Shown: positions 21,164 through 30,640 of the stretch, piece after piece
How the letters are laid out: every line of letters starts with the position of its first letter
Numbering within the stretch: position 1 is the stretch's first letter
Sequence record: KT454805
Strand: one strand, 5' to 3'
Length of the DNA stretch: 64,000 bases
DNA from: Escherichia phage phiSUSP1
Notes under the pieces: model-generated
What the model was told of the DNA's origin: nothing
What the model saw: the letters and a program-made list of their open reading frames with translations, nothing else
Databases searched by the model: none
Position numbers and translations under genes: made by a program

Positions 21164-23305
21164 ATGGTTAAAGTACAAGTTATTAAGAAAGATGGTTCAC
21201 TAGAAAAACCAAATGTAAATAAAATCGTTGAAGCAGTCACCAAGTCAGCTAATAGAGTTGGGTACAAAGAACTACCAATAGAAGTTATCCATGCTCTTGA
21301 GTCAGCTTTTAACAGACTGCTTGCCAGAGCAACTAATCAGAATGCAATGCTAATCTCTGTAGATGACATTCATAGCATCGTTGAAGGGACTCTGGCAGAG
21401 GTGAACCATGAAATCTATGAGTCATATTCAACATACAGAAACTACCGTAAAGAGGTGGCTCAGAATTGGGATGAACTATATCAGAAGACTAAAGACACAC
21501 TCTTCTTAGGTGACCGTGAGAATGCTAACTTTGACAGTAGCTTAATCTCCACAAAAGGCTCAATCATCCGTGGTTACCTGACAAAAGAAATCTTTAAGCA
21601 GTACCACTTAACACCAGAAGAAACAAGTGCTATTGAAGATGGATTCATTTATATCCATGACTTAAGAGATTTAATCTTCGGTGGTATTAACTGCTGCTTG
21701 TTTGACATTGGAAGTGTCCTGAAAGGTGGCTTTGAAATGTCCGGCATCGAATACTGTGAACCTAAGTCTGTGCTATCAGCTTTACAGGTTATCGGTGATG
21801 TTGTACTCTCAGCAACTGCACAGCAGTTTGGAGGGTTCACTATTCCAGAGATTGATAAGGTTCTTGTGCCATATGCTAAGAAGTCTTTTGAGTATCATCT
21901 GGAAAAAGCAAAGCAATATAATATCCCAGGCAAGGGAGCATACTACTACGCTAAAGAGCAACTCCAGATTGAACTAACTCAGGGATTCCAATCACTGGAA
22001 ATGAAGCTGAACACTGTTCCTTGTAGCCGTGGGGACTTTGCATTCACAACATTAACATTTGGTTTACTTGAACCAGATATGGCTAGTGAAGATAACCGTT
22101 TGCAATTTATGATTGCTAAGACTATCCTAGATGTTAGGATGAATGGTCAAGGTAAATCTAAGAAGCCTGTTGTGTTTCCTAAGCTGGTTTATATCTATGA
22201 TGAAACAAGACATATACTAGACCCTTGGCAGGGGCAGCTTTATGATAAAGCTATTGAGTGTTGTTCTAAAGCTATGTATCCAGACTTCTTAAGCGTGTCT
22301 GGTAGTGGTTCTGTTGCAGAGGCTTTTGAACGTTCAGGTGCAGTCATCTCTCCAATGGGTTGCAGGGCTTTCTTATCTCCTTATTACGATGATGAAGGTA
22401 AAGAGTTCTATACAGGTCGAGCAAACATTGGTGCAGTATCTCTTAATCTGCCGATGATTTACAAGTATTCTGAAGAGAATGACTTAGACTTTTGGAAAGA
22501 ACTTGACAAGTATCTTGAGATGATTAGAAGCTTCCACAAGAAGCGCTATGAGATGATTGCTAATATGCCAGCAAGTTCTAACCCTCTTGCATTCACTCAA
22601 GGTGGATTGTATAAAGGTCATAAGAAGCCAACTGATAAGATTGGTTGGGATACTGTGAAATCTTTTACAGCATCTTTTGGTGTAACTGCATTAGATGAGT
22701 TAACAGTGCTTGCCCAAGGTAAAAGGTTGCATGAATCTGATGGTGATATTGCAAGTAAGGTTTTAAGCTACCTGAATAGCAAGCTGGAGCAGTTTAAGCA
22801 GGAAGATGGTTTCTTGTATGCCCTCTATGGTACACCTGCTGAGAGCCTTTGTGGTACGCAATTGAAGCAGTTCAGAAATATGTTCGGAGTTGTTAAAGGT
22901 GTTTCTGATAAAGAATACTTTACAAATAGTTTTCACATGAATGTTGGTGCAGATATCACACCGTTTGAAAAGCAAGACTTAGAAGAACCTTTCTTCCATT
23001 CTTGTAATGGAGGCCATATCCAGTATGTTCGTATCGCTAACCCAGAGAACCACAAAGCCATTAGAGCTTGTGTAACAAGGGGTATGGGTAAAGGTTTCTA
23101 TCAAGGTGTTAACTTTGATTTAGCAATCTGTGAAAATTGTGGTCACCGTCCAAGTGCAGATGTTGAATTATGTCCTAAGTGCAACTCACACGATATCTCT
23201 GTGATTAATAGGGTGTGTGGTTATCTTTCGTTCACTAAGATTAAAGGACAGTCTCGAATGAACGATGCAAAAATTGCCGAGATTAAGGATAGAAAGTCTA
23301 TGTAA
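21164..23305 (+). CDS. nrdD: anaerobic ribonucleoside-triphosphate reductase
   Basis: C-terminal glycyl-radical motif RVCGYLS and Cys4 zinc site (CENCGH...CPKCNSH); start moved to ATG 21164 after terminator. Confidence 0.85.
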   Translation: MVKVQVIKKDGSLEKPNVNKIVEAVTKSANRVGYKELPIEVIHALESAFNRLLARATNQNAMLISVDDIHSIVEGTLAEVNHEIYESYSTYRNYRKEVAQNWDELYQKTKDTLFLGDRENANFDSSLISTKGSIIRGYLTKEIFKQYHLTPEETSAIEDGFIYIHDLRDLIFGGINCCLFDIGSVLKGGFEMSGIEYCEPKSVLSALQVIGDVVLSATAQQFGGFTIPEIDKVLVPYAKKSFEYHLEKAKQYNIPGKGAYYYAKEQLQIELTQGFQSLEMKLNTVPCSRGDFAFTTLTFGLLEPDMASEDNRLQFMIAKTILDVRMNGQGKSKKPVVFPKLVYIYDETRHILDPWQGQLYDKAIECCSKAMYPDFLSVSGSGSVAEAFERSGAVISPMGCRAFLSPYYDDEGKEFYTGRANIGAVSLNLPMIYKYSEENDLDFWKELDKYLEMIRSFHKKRYEMIANMPASSNPLAFTQGGLYKGHKKPTDKIGWDTVKSFTASFGVTALDELTVLAQGKRLHESDGDIASKVLSYLNSKLEQFKQEDGFLYALYGTPAESLCGTQLKQFRNMFGVVKGVSDKEYFTNSFHMNVGADITPFEKQDLEEPFFHSCNGGHIQYVRIANPENHKAIRACVTRGMGKGFYQGVNFDLAICENCGHRPSADVELCPKCNSHDISVINRVCGYLSFTKIKGQSRMNDAKIAEIKDRKSM

Positions 23306-23313
23306 GGTGGTGA

Positions 23314-23877
23314 ATGAACTATGAACTAATCTATGACAAGTTAATGAAGAAAGCACACTCTGAGAGGGGTGTGCCTTTAACATTTTACAAATGCCAAGGC
23401 TTAGGTTATGAGAGACACCATATCAAACCACTGTGTCTCGGAGGGGATAGATTTGACGGTAGCAATATAGCCTTATTAACACCAAGGGAACATTATATTG
23501 CACACAAGCTTTTGGTTAAGATGCATCCTGAAAAGTACAAACTCTGGATTGCTTGGCAAAGGCTGTCTACAGATGGACTAAATAGAAAGGTTTCATCAAG
23601 AGACCATGAACACGTCAAACGTTTAAACTCAAAAGCTATGTCTATAATCAATAAAGGTAGATTGTTTACAGATGAGCATAGGTTTAGATTGAGTCAATCC
23701 CAGATTGGTAATACCAAGCCCAAAGGGTGTAAGAGGTCTTTAGAAACAAGGCAACGAATGTCAGAATCTGCAAAGAAACCACAGGCGAAAAAGACGTGCC
23801 CATACTGCGGCATGACAGGTGGTGCAAGCAACATGACACGTTACCATTTTGAGAATTGTAAAAGTAAATCTATGTAA
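23314..23877 (+). CDS. HNH homing endonuclease
   Basis: HHIKPLCLGGD...NIALLTPREHYIAH HNH motif; NUMOD-like repeats; inserted between nrdD and nrdG. Confidence 0.8.
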   Translation: MNYELIYDKLMKKAHSERGVPLTFYKCQGLGYERHHIKPLCLGGDRFDGSNIALLTPREHYIAHKLLVKMHPEKYKLWIAWQRLSTDGLNRKVSSRDHEHVKRLNSKAMSIINKGRLFTDEHRFRLSQSQIGNTKPKGCKRSLETRQRMSESAKKPQAKKTCPYCGMTGGASNMTRYHFENCKSKSM

Positions 23878-23942
23878 GTAGTTGACAAGGTGGTGTAGGT
23901 CTTGATAGGCTTACATCACCTTTTTTTATTAGGAATCACAAC

Positions 23943-24044
23943 ATGATTAAGACATTCTTGTTAGTCACCTTAGTAGGCTCTGTTTTACTAGGTTTCTTGT
24001 TAGGGCTTTTATACAACACATTGAAAGGAAAGAAAGATGACTAA
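23943..24044 (+). CDS. possible 33-aa single-TM mini-protein
   Basis: AGGA RBS, ATG, hydrophobic core LLVTLVGSVLLGFLLGLL; below ORF-track size cut-off. Confidence 0.25.
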   Translation: MIKTFLLVTLVGSVLLGFLLGLLYNTLKGKKDD

Positions 24045-24429
24045 GTTAAATAAAAATCAAATAAATTGGCTTAAAGACTATGCTTTAGAGTGTGGCTCTT
24101 GTAAGAAAACTCACAGAAAATACTCAGAGTTTTACATCACTTGCACATTGATGATAGATGAAGAGGTTATTGGTGAATCTGAGGAAGAAGGTATTAGTAT
24201 CCCTCCATCACTATGTGGTAAAGTTTTGGTAGCAACTGGTACATGGTCAGACTCATATGGCACAGAGATTGGTGACCTATCCTTCTACAGCATTGAACAA
24301 ACGATGAATCCAAAATATGTTACTCTTATGACTCGTGCTCAGGAAGATGAACTCCTTCAGGAATTTATTAAAGAACACTGTGAAGAGTACGTCACAAAAC
24401 ATGTAAGGTTTGAAGTTGAGGTGATTTAA
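24037..24429 (+). CDS. hypothetical protein
   Basis: 130-aa ORF. Confidence 0.4.
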   Translation: MTKLNKNQINWLKDYALECGSCKKTHRKYSEFYITCTLMIDEEVIGESEEEGISIPPSLCGKVLVATGTWSDSYGTEIGDLSFYSIEQTMNPKYVTLMTRAQEDELLQEFIKEHCEEYVTKHVRFEVEVI

Positions 24430-24914
24430 TGAATTACATGGAAATACGAAAATTCGATACAGCAAACGGTGAAGGTGCTCGTGTTAGTCTTTTTGTAGCT
24501 GGCTGCAAACACCACTGTGAAGGATGCTTTAACAGGGAGTCTTGGAAGTTTAATGCTGGCAAGGAGTTTACTTATGCAAACCTTTATGGCATTATGCAAC
24601 TAATGAACGATGATGCTATCAGTGGATTCTCTATATTAGGTGGAGAACCTCTTGATGACCGAAACGTACAGGAAGTGACAAATATCTGTAAGCGGATTAA
24701 GACTGTCTATCCAGATAAAACTATATGGTTGTGGACAGGTTACCAGCTACATGAAAAAATTCACTTAGAAGTGATGAAATATGTTGACGTGGTAGTAGAT
24801 GGTAAGTATGATGCTTCTAAACCGACACACAAACCATATCGTGGGTCTGATAATCAAATACTTTGGAGAAAAGAATATGGCTGGCAAGGTGACTGTCAAT
24901 GGAGAGCAGAGTAG
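24429..24914 (+). CDS. nrdG: anaerobic RNR activating radical-SAM protein
   Basis: CKHHCEGC (CxxxCxxC) cluster; 161 aa. Confidence 0.8.
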   Translation: MNYMEIRKFDTANGEGARVSLFVAGCKHHCEGCFNRESWKFNAGKEFTYANLYGIMQLMNDDAISGFSILGGEPLDDRNVQEVTNICKRIKTVYPDKTIWLWTGYQLHEKIHLEVMKYVDVVVDGKYDASKPTHKPYRGSDNQILWRKEYGWQGDCQWRAE

Positions 24915-25170
24915 CTACTCTGGTAAGTGGATTTATAACATCAACAAGCTTGATGCTTGGATGGTTTATACTCAAGAAAAATTTGGTGAGAGTGGTTTAA
25001 CGGCTTTAGCTGCACTTGTTAAGCAGGTAACATTCACAGTTGAAGAAAAATCAACACTTGGGGATGGACTAATGCTTTTCACTGATGTAAGATACGGAAA
25101 CATACAAGTCTGTATTGAAAAAGAAGAACTAGACCAGTTCTGTATTAAACTTTAAAAGAGAGATATTAAA

Positions 25171-25428
25171 ATGGGTATTTTTTCAAACATGAAAGCAGGT
25201 TTATTAGCAGCTCTGGCAAAAGCAGCAGCTATCGTTTCAATGACTGGTAAGCAGGTTGGAGTAGATGCTTCAGCAGTTGCACAGGTTTTTGCAAGCCAGA
25301 TTGGACAGCAACCTTACATCCATGTTGGACGTGGTAAAGGTGGTAAGAAACAAGCTCATCGCCAAACTGGTGCAGCAGCAATTAAACGTGCAGCTAAAAA
25401 AGCTCGCAACCGTAAACGTAGCAAGTAA
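25171..25428 (+). CDS. hypothetical small protein with basic C-terminus
   Basis: 85-aa ORF; N-terminal hydrophobic segment. Confidence 0.35.
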   Translation: MGIFSNMKAGLLAALAKAAAIVSMTGKQVGVDASAVAQVFASQIGQQPYIHVGRGKGGKKQAHRQTGAAAIKRAAKKARNRKRSK

Positions 25429-25439
25429 GGATTACTAAA

Positions 25440-25751
25440 ATGGAAAAGATTTATAACACCCGTAAAATTCAGATTGCAATTCTGTGCCAATTCATGGCTG
25501 ATAAACATGATTCACACTATTGCGGTACAGGTTTTCTTACTCTAGGTGGTGGGTATGTCAGCTTCAAAGAGGCTGTGAAGATGTACAATGAACATCCTGA
25601 AGATGATAAAGAGTTGAAGCAACTGAAGCTTACCTATGATAAGAAACGTAAGAAAATTATATGCTTGAACAACCTTATCAAGCCAACTGAAAACGTTCAT
25701 GATTCAATTGGCGAAGAAGGTTTCTTCAAAGTCTTGAAATTGGCTCAGTAA
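25440..25751 (+). CDS. hypothetical protein
   Basis: 103-aa ORF. Confidence 0.35.
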   Translation: MEKIYNTRKIQIAILCQFMADKHDSHYCGTGFLTLGGGYVSFKEAVKMYNEHPEDDKELKQLKLTYDKKRKKIICLNNLIKPTENVHDSIGEEGFFKVLKLAQ

Positions 25752-25764
25752 GAGTATATGATTA

Positions 25765-25789
25765 GGGAACTGTAAAAGGTTCCCTTTTT
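25765..25789 (+). terminator. rho-independent terminator
   Basis: GGGAAC-loop-GTTCCC followed by TTTTT. Confidence 0.6.
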
Positions 25790-25803
25790 ATTTTGGAGAA
25801 ATC

Positions 25804-26319
25804 ATGTACTATTCAAATCTAAAACATGCTGCTGCAATGTCTGTTCTTCGTCTTGATTTCGATGAGCGTCAAGAGTTCATTGAATCCCACAAGTATAATC
25901 CTTCAAATTCTAATCACATGGTACTTTGGAACCGTGGTAAGTTCCGTGACAGTACCCTGTTTCAATACTATCCCCACTATACCATTGATAACCTCTATGA
26001 ATATTGTGTTGTCAAGAACACTATAGCAACTCTTAACAAGCTTTGTAGATACTCTGGGAAGAAAGCTTTCACATTAGGCCACCATAAGCCTGTGACAAAA
26101 GGTGGAGAACATCATTGCTCAAACTGGTTTATTCAGACACAAGAAGATAATCAGAAGCAAGGTGAGAAGCTTCCTGAGACTCCTAAGATGACTTGGGAAG
26201 AACAAAAAGCATATCTCAGAAATAATATGCCACCAATGCTTGACAAGGACTATTCAATTCTGGCAATATCTCTCTTGTTGAAGCTTGAGACAGTTTATGA
26301 GGCAACTTATCATGGCTAG
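25804..26319 (+). CDS. HNH-motif nuclease-like protein
   Basis: LGHHKPVTKGGEHHCSNWFIQTQEDNQKQG resembles HNH His-Me finger. Confidence 0.4.
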   Translation: MYYSNLKHAAAMSVLRLDFDERQEFIESHKYNPSNSNHMVLWNRGKFRDSTLFQYYPHYTIDNLYEYCVVKNTIATLNKLCRYSGKKAFTLGHHKPVTKGGEHHCSNWFIQTQEDNQKQGEKLPETPKMTWEEQKAYLRNNMPPMLDKDYSILAISLLLKLETVYEATYHG

Positions 26320-26600
26320 AGAACAATGGGAAATCAAAGAACTCATTAGTGAAGCTGGAAATGGTAGTGAGATGTATATGATACGTGGTCACGTCCCAGA
26401 TGCACTTGCTATTGAAATGATTGACCACTACTCCAACGGATTCTATAAAGAATTTGGAGAGCCAAATATTGAACGTACTTGGACAAAACCAGTACCAGAT
26501 GGAACAGGGAACTGTTCAGTTATCTATCACATTGTAGACCCAAAGAAATGTAAGTCAGCTATGGCTGTAACATTTGTAACTTTTGACTGAGAGAAATATT

Positions 26601-27482
26601 ATGAAAACTATTATTCAAGTCCTGATTAATTCAAACTCTAAAGGCACTCACCAAGAGAACTTCAACATTATCCAGTTCCCTTCAGGAGAAATTGGTGGTA
26701 ACTTCTCAGAAGATTTGGTAGACTTTGTTGAACATGCTGCTGGTAAGATTGATAACGTAATCTTCACGGTACAAGGCTATGATAAAGATACACTCTTTGC
26801 ATTAGCTCTGGCTAAAGAAGCAATTGACCGTATGATTCCTCAGAAAGCAGCTATGAAGACTGTTGTCTTTGGTTTCTTACCAAATGCTAGATATGACCGT
26901 CACATGTTTAAAGGTGATGCAGCAGCACTTAAAGCATTTGCAAATCTTGTAAACGCTATGGAGTTTGATGCAATTTGTGCTCTGGATGCTCATAGTAACG
27001 TGGCAGAGAATCTATTTAAGTGCTTCTACAACCTACCTCAAAAAGAGGCAGCAGTACACTTTGCAAGTGACCCACGAATTGATTACTTAGTGGCTCCAGA
27101 TGCAGGTGCAGCTAAGAAGACTGAAGAAGCTGCTAAGGATGTTGAGAAGCCTTATATCACAATGGCTAAGGTGCGTAACCTGAAAACTGGTGAAATCACT
27201 GGTATGCGAATCCTTGATGACGTAGATTTAACAGGCAAGACTGTCATGATTCTGGATGATATCTGTGACGGTGGTCGTACCTTCATTGAGGCTGCAAAGT
27301 ATCTTCGTGAAGCTGGTGCAGAACGTGTAGAACTGTATGTCACTCATGGGATTTTCTCTAAAGGTGTTGAAAATCTTCTTGACAACGGTATTGACCATAT
27401 CTACACTACAAACTCACTAGGCGATGTAGAAGACCGTGGACTTTCACACTTCTCACAAGTGACTGTAGCAAACATTGAATAG
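26601..27482 (+). CDS. ribose-phosphate pyrophosphokinase family protein (Prs-like; candidate ADP-ribose pyrophosphokinase)
   Basis: VVFGFLPNARYDR resembles Prs AVIPYFGYARQDR; PRPP-binding loop TVMILDDICDGGRT resembles CVLVDDMIDTGGT; THGIFS resembles THPIFS. Confidence 0.85.
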   Translation: MKTIIQVLINSNSKGTHQENFNIIQFPSGEIGGNFSEDLVDFVEHAAGKIDNVIFTVQGYDKDTLFALALAKEAIDRMIPQKAAMKTVVFGFLPNARYDRHMFKGDAAALKAFANLVNAMEFDAICALDAHSNVAENLFKCFYNLPQKEAAVHFASDPRIDYLVAPDAGAAKKTEEAAKDVEKPYITMAKVRNLKTGEITGMRILDDVDLTGKTVMILDDICDGGRTFIEAAKYLREAGAERVELYVTHGIFSKGVENLLDNGIDHIYTTNSLGDVEDRGLSHFSQVTVANIE

Positions 27483-27490
27483 GTAACAAG

Positions 27491-27982
27491 ATGGATAAGG
27501 GTTACTTTGAAAAATACCTAAGATACGAACCAGAGACAGGTTTGTTAATTTGGAAAGTAACCCTTTGTAGCACCGCTATTGCTGGTAATGTGGCTGGCAC
27601 AAGGTCTAAGAAGGGTTATATCCAAGTTCAGATAAACAAGAAGAGGTACTATGCACACAATATCGCATGGATTCTATCTGGAGGTGAGATACCAAGTGGA
27701 TATGAGATAGACCACATAGACCTTGACAAGACAAATAATAAGTTGGAAAACTTAAGACTGAGTACAAAGTCACAAAACCAAAGAAATAGAGGTATACAAA
27801 AGAACAACAAAACTGGCGTGAAGGGTGTAAGTGTATGTACACAGACAGGTCTTTATAAAGCAAGAGTGATGCTTTATCATAAAGAATACTTTTGCGGAAG
27901 ATTTAAAACGCTAGAAGAAGCGAAAGAAGCTGTAATTAAAAAACGATTAGAACTTCATGGTAAGTTTGCAAGACATAACTAA
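27491..27982 (+). CDS. HNH homing endonuclease with AP2 domain
   Basis: YYAHNIAWILSGG...IDHIDLDKTNNKLENLR HNH_3; GVKGVS...YKARV AP2; inserted between Prs-like and NAMPT-like genes. Confidence 0.8.
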   Translation: MDKGYFEKYLRYEPETGLLIWKVTLCSTAIAGNVAGTRSKKGYIQVQINKKRYYAHNIAWILSGGEIPSGYEIDHIDLDKTNNKLENLRLSTKSQNQRNRGIQKNNKTGVKGVSVCTQTGLYKARVMLYHKEYFCGRFKTLEEAKEAVIKKRLELHGKFARHN

Positions 27983-27998
27983 TAGAGAGATATAAAAT

Positions 27999-29816
27999 AT
28001 GAGTAAATCACTTTACGCAGTACCAGCAGGTCTTAATGCAGATGCTTACAAGTCATCACACATCTACCAGTATCCAGATGCTACTCAGTATCTTATGCTG
28101 AATTTAACGCCTCGTGGAGACAAATGGTTTAACTCTCCATTAGAAATTGATGGTGTTGTAGCATTTGGTATTCAGCGTTTTGTAAAAGACTATCTGGTAG
28201 ACCACTGGAATGCAACGTTCTTTGAACGTGATAAGAAAGAAGCCATTGACGAAATCTTGGAAATCATGAATGGTGTACTTGGTGCAGATGCCATTGGTCG
28301 TCAACATTGGGAAGAACTTCATGACTTAGGTTATCTGCCTGTTGAAGTCTACTCTGTAGAGGAAGGTACAATTGTCCCTATGCGTGTCCCGATGATTATA
28401 TTCAAAAACACTGTAGAGGGCTTCCATTGGGTAGCTGGTTATCTCGAAGATGCTTTCTCTGCTGAAATCTGGAAAGCTTGTACAATTGCAACTATTGCAC
28501 TACATTACAAACGTATTTGTAAGAAGTGGTCAGATTTGACCTGTGATAACGACTTCCATCTTCCTTGGCAGTGTCATGACTTTGCAATGCGTGGTATGTC
28601 TGGATTCACAGATGATGCGTTTAACGCAGTAGGTCACCTGACAAGTTTTAAAGGTACTGACAGCTTCCCTGCTGTATACACAGCTAAACGTGCATATGGT
28701 CAGTTTATGACTGTAAGTGATATCGGGAACTCTGTACCAGCAACTGAACACTCTGTGATGTGTGCAAACATCTCATGGAATAGTTGTGCCAAAGAAGTAA
28801 GTGATTGGCATCTGCTACAGTCTGACAACTTGTTAGATGCAATGCGTTGGCGTGGTGAGGTAGAAACTTTCCAACGTCTTCTGACAGAAGTCTACCCAAC
28901 TGGTATTGCAAGTGTTGTATCAGATACTTACAACTTCTGGAGAACTGTTACACAGATTTTACCAGAGCTACGTAATGTGATTCTGAATCGTGATGGTAAG
29001 TTGGTAATCCGTCCAGACTCTGGAGACCCTGTTCACATTGTCACTGGTTACAAAGTCATTGAATGGGAAACTGCTAAGTCAATGTTCTATAAGCACATGA
29101 AAGGTCTTGCACCAGATAACACCCACCTGCATGATGCAATCTTGAATTGTGAAATGGCTGATATTGGCTTTGGATTATCTGCTTGGCTAATCTCTGAAGG
29201 TTATGAGATGGTTGTTGAAAATGAAGATTTTGATTATATTGATACAATCAACCTGATTACTGCTCAGAAAACTGGACAGTTTACTGTGAAGCGTATGTTA
29301 ACAGCAGAAATTGATGGAGCTATCCACACGCTGTATAACATCTTTGGTGGTACTGTTAACTCCAAAGGGTACAAAGTACTGGATGAGCACATTGGACTAA
29401 TCTACGGTGATTCTATCACTTTGGAAAGGGCTAATGAGATTCTATCACGTCTTGCTGATAAAGGTTTTGCAAGTTCTAACGTAGTGTTTGGTGTAGGTTC
29501 ATACACCTATCAGTACCTGACTCGTGATACCTTTGCATTTGCTGTTAAAGCAACTCTTGCACAGATGGACGGTCAAGAAATCATGCTGGCTAAAGACCCT
29601 AAAACAGATAGTGGTCTGAAGAAATCTGCTTTTGGTGGAGTCATCCCTATGTGGGACGGTGATAAGCTGGAAGCTGTAGATGGTTTTGGTTTTGCAGAGT
29701 TTGAAGGTGCAATTGAGAATTGTCAGAGCGCTTTGAAACTGGTATTTAGCAACTCACAACCTTATGGTTATGTTAATCTACGTGATGTACGAAATACTAT
29801 TGACAAGCAACTTTAA
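27999..29816 (+). CDS. nicotinamide phosphoribosyltransferase family protein (NAMPT-like; candidate Namat)
   Basis: NADAYKSSHIYQYP, FKGTDS, SVPATEHS, VVSDTYNFW, IRPDSGDP match human NAMPT ATDSYKVTHYKQYP, FKGTDT, SVPAAEHS, VVSDSYDIY, IRPDSGNP; 605 aa, longer than canonical. Confidence 0.9.
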   Translation: MSKSLYAVPAGLNADAYKSSHIYQYPDATQYLMLNLTPRGDKWFNSPLEIDGVVAFGIQRFVKDYLVDHWNATFFERDKKEAIDEILEIMNGVLGADAIGRQHWEELHDLGYLPVEVYSVEEGTIVPMRVPMIIFKNTVEGFHWVAGYLEDAFSAEIWKACTIATIALHYKRICKKWSDLTCDNDFHLPWQCHDFAMRGMSGFTDDAFNAVGHLTSFKGTDSFPAVYTAKRAYGQFMTVSDIGNSVPATEHSVMCANISWNSCAKEVSDWHLLQSDNLLDAMRWRGEVETFQRLLTEVYPTGIASVVSDTYNFWRTVTQILPELRNVILNRDGKLVIRPDSGDPVHIVTGYKVIEWETAKSMFYKHMKGLAPDNTHLHDAILNCEMADIGFGLSAWLISEGYEMVVENEDFDYIDTINLITAQKTGQFTVKRMLTAEIDGAIHTLYNIFGGTVNSKGYKVLDEHIGLIYGDSITLERANEILSRLADKGFASSNVVFGVGSYTYQYLTRDTFAFAVKATLAQMDGQEIMLAKDPKTDSGLKKSAFGGVIPMWDGDKLEAVDGFGFAEFEGAIENCQSALKLVFSNSQPYGYVNLRDVRNTIDKQL

Positions 29817-29827
29817 AACAGTATGAT

Positions 29828-29852
29828 AAGAGGCTCCTACGGGAGCCTTTTT
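29828..29852 (+). terminator. rho-independent terminator
   Basis: AGAGGCTCC-TACG-GGAGCC followed by TTTTT. Confidence 0.65.
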
Positions 29853-29857
29853 AATTT

Positions 29858-30085
29858 GTGGAGAATGTTATGAGATTTAACACTGATTTATTTTATACAG
29901 ATAGTACTGGATTCTTTGGTGGATACTGTGTAGCATCTTGGCAGTTATGGTTCTCAGAAGACTACAGAGATGATATGCAGGTTTTTGTAGATGATTACAA
30001 GTTCCCTACAAAACCCACTAAACGTCAGATTAGAAAGCTTCGCAGAGAGTTTCGTAAAACTTGCAAAGGGATTAATAGACTATGA
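29858..30085 (+). CDS. hypothetical small protein
   Basis: 75-aa ORF. Confidence 0.3.
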   Translation: MENVMRFNTDLFYTDSTGFFGGYCVASWQLWFSEDYRDDMQVFVDDYKFPTKPTKRQIRKLRREFRKTCKGINRL

Positions 30086-30417
30086 AAATTAAACAGATGA
30101 ATGTCAATGTAATCATTGAAGAACGTTGGGAAAATATTCAGCGACCTGAAGATGGTCACAAGTTTATCAACGAACTGTTTCAAGCAGCACAGTCAGAGTT
30201 AGCTTCTGAGATTTATACAACGGTCACTTTGAAGGTTTACATCAAAGGTCTGCCACAAAATCACCAAGAGGCACTTGATTTGTTCCAAAAAGGATTCTAC
30301 AATCCAAATAAAGATATACTTGAGAACAGTTTTGCAGTATCTTCGAGTATTGTTCATGACAGAAGTTTTGTCCTATTCAGAACTGTAGGAGATAAGGTAT
30401 GCAAAGTTATTGGTTAG
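30082..30417 (+). CDS. hypothetical protein
   Basis: 111-aa ORF. Confidence 0.35.
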   Translation: MKIKQMNVNVIIEERWENIQRPEDGHKFINELFQAAQSELASEIYTTVTLKVYIKGLPQNHQEALDLFQKGFYNPNKDILENSFAVSSSIVHDRSFVLFRTVGDKVCKVIG

Positions 30418-30640
30418 AACTTGTACTGTCACTCGGTTGCATTGTTGCTATTGCAGTGATACTATGCAGATACTTCTCAGAGACAGAACCTTGTGATGAG
30501 TGTGAAGGCTCTGATATAGCTGGTATGGGGCATTGTTGCCCTTACTGTAACGGAACTGGAAAGAAATTTAAAAAGTAACTTGACAGTGGCATCTATAAAA
30601 TTATATAGTTTGCCACATCAACCACTAAGGAGATATTCTT

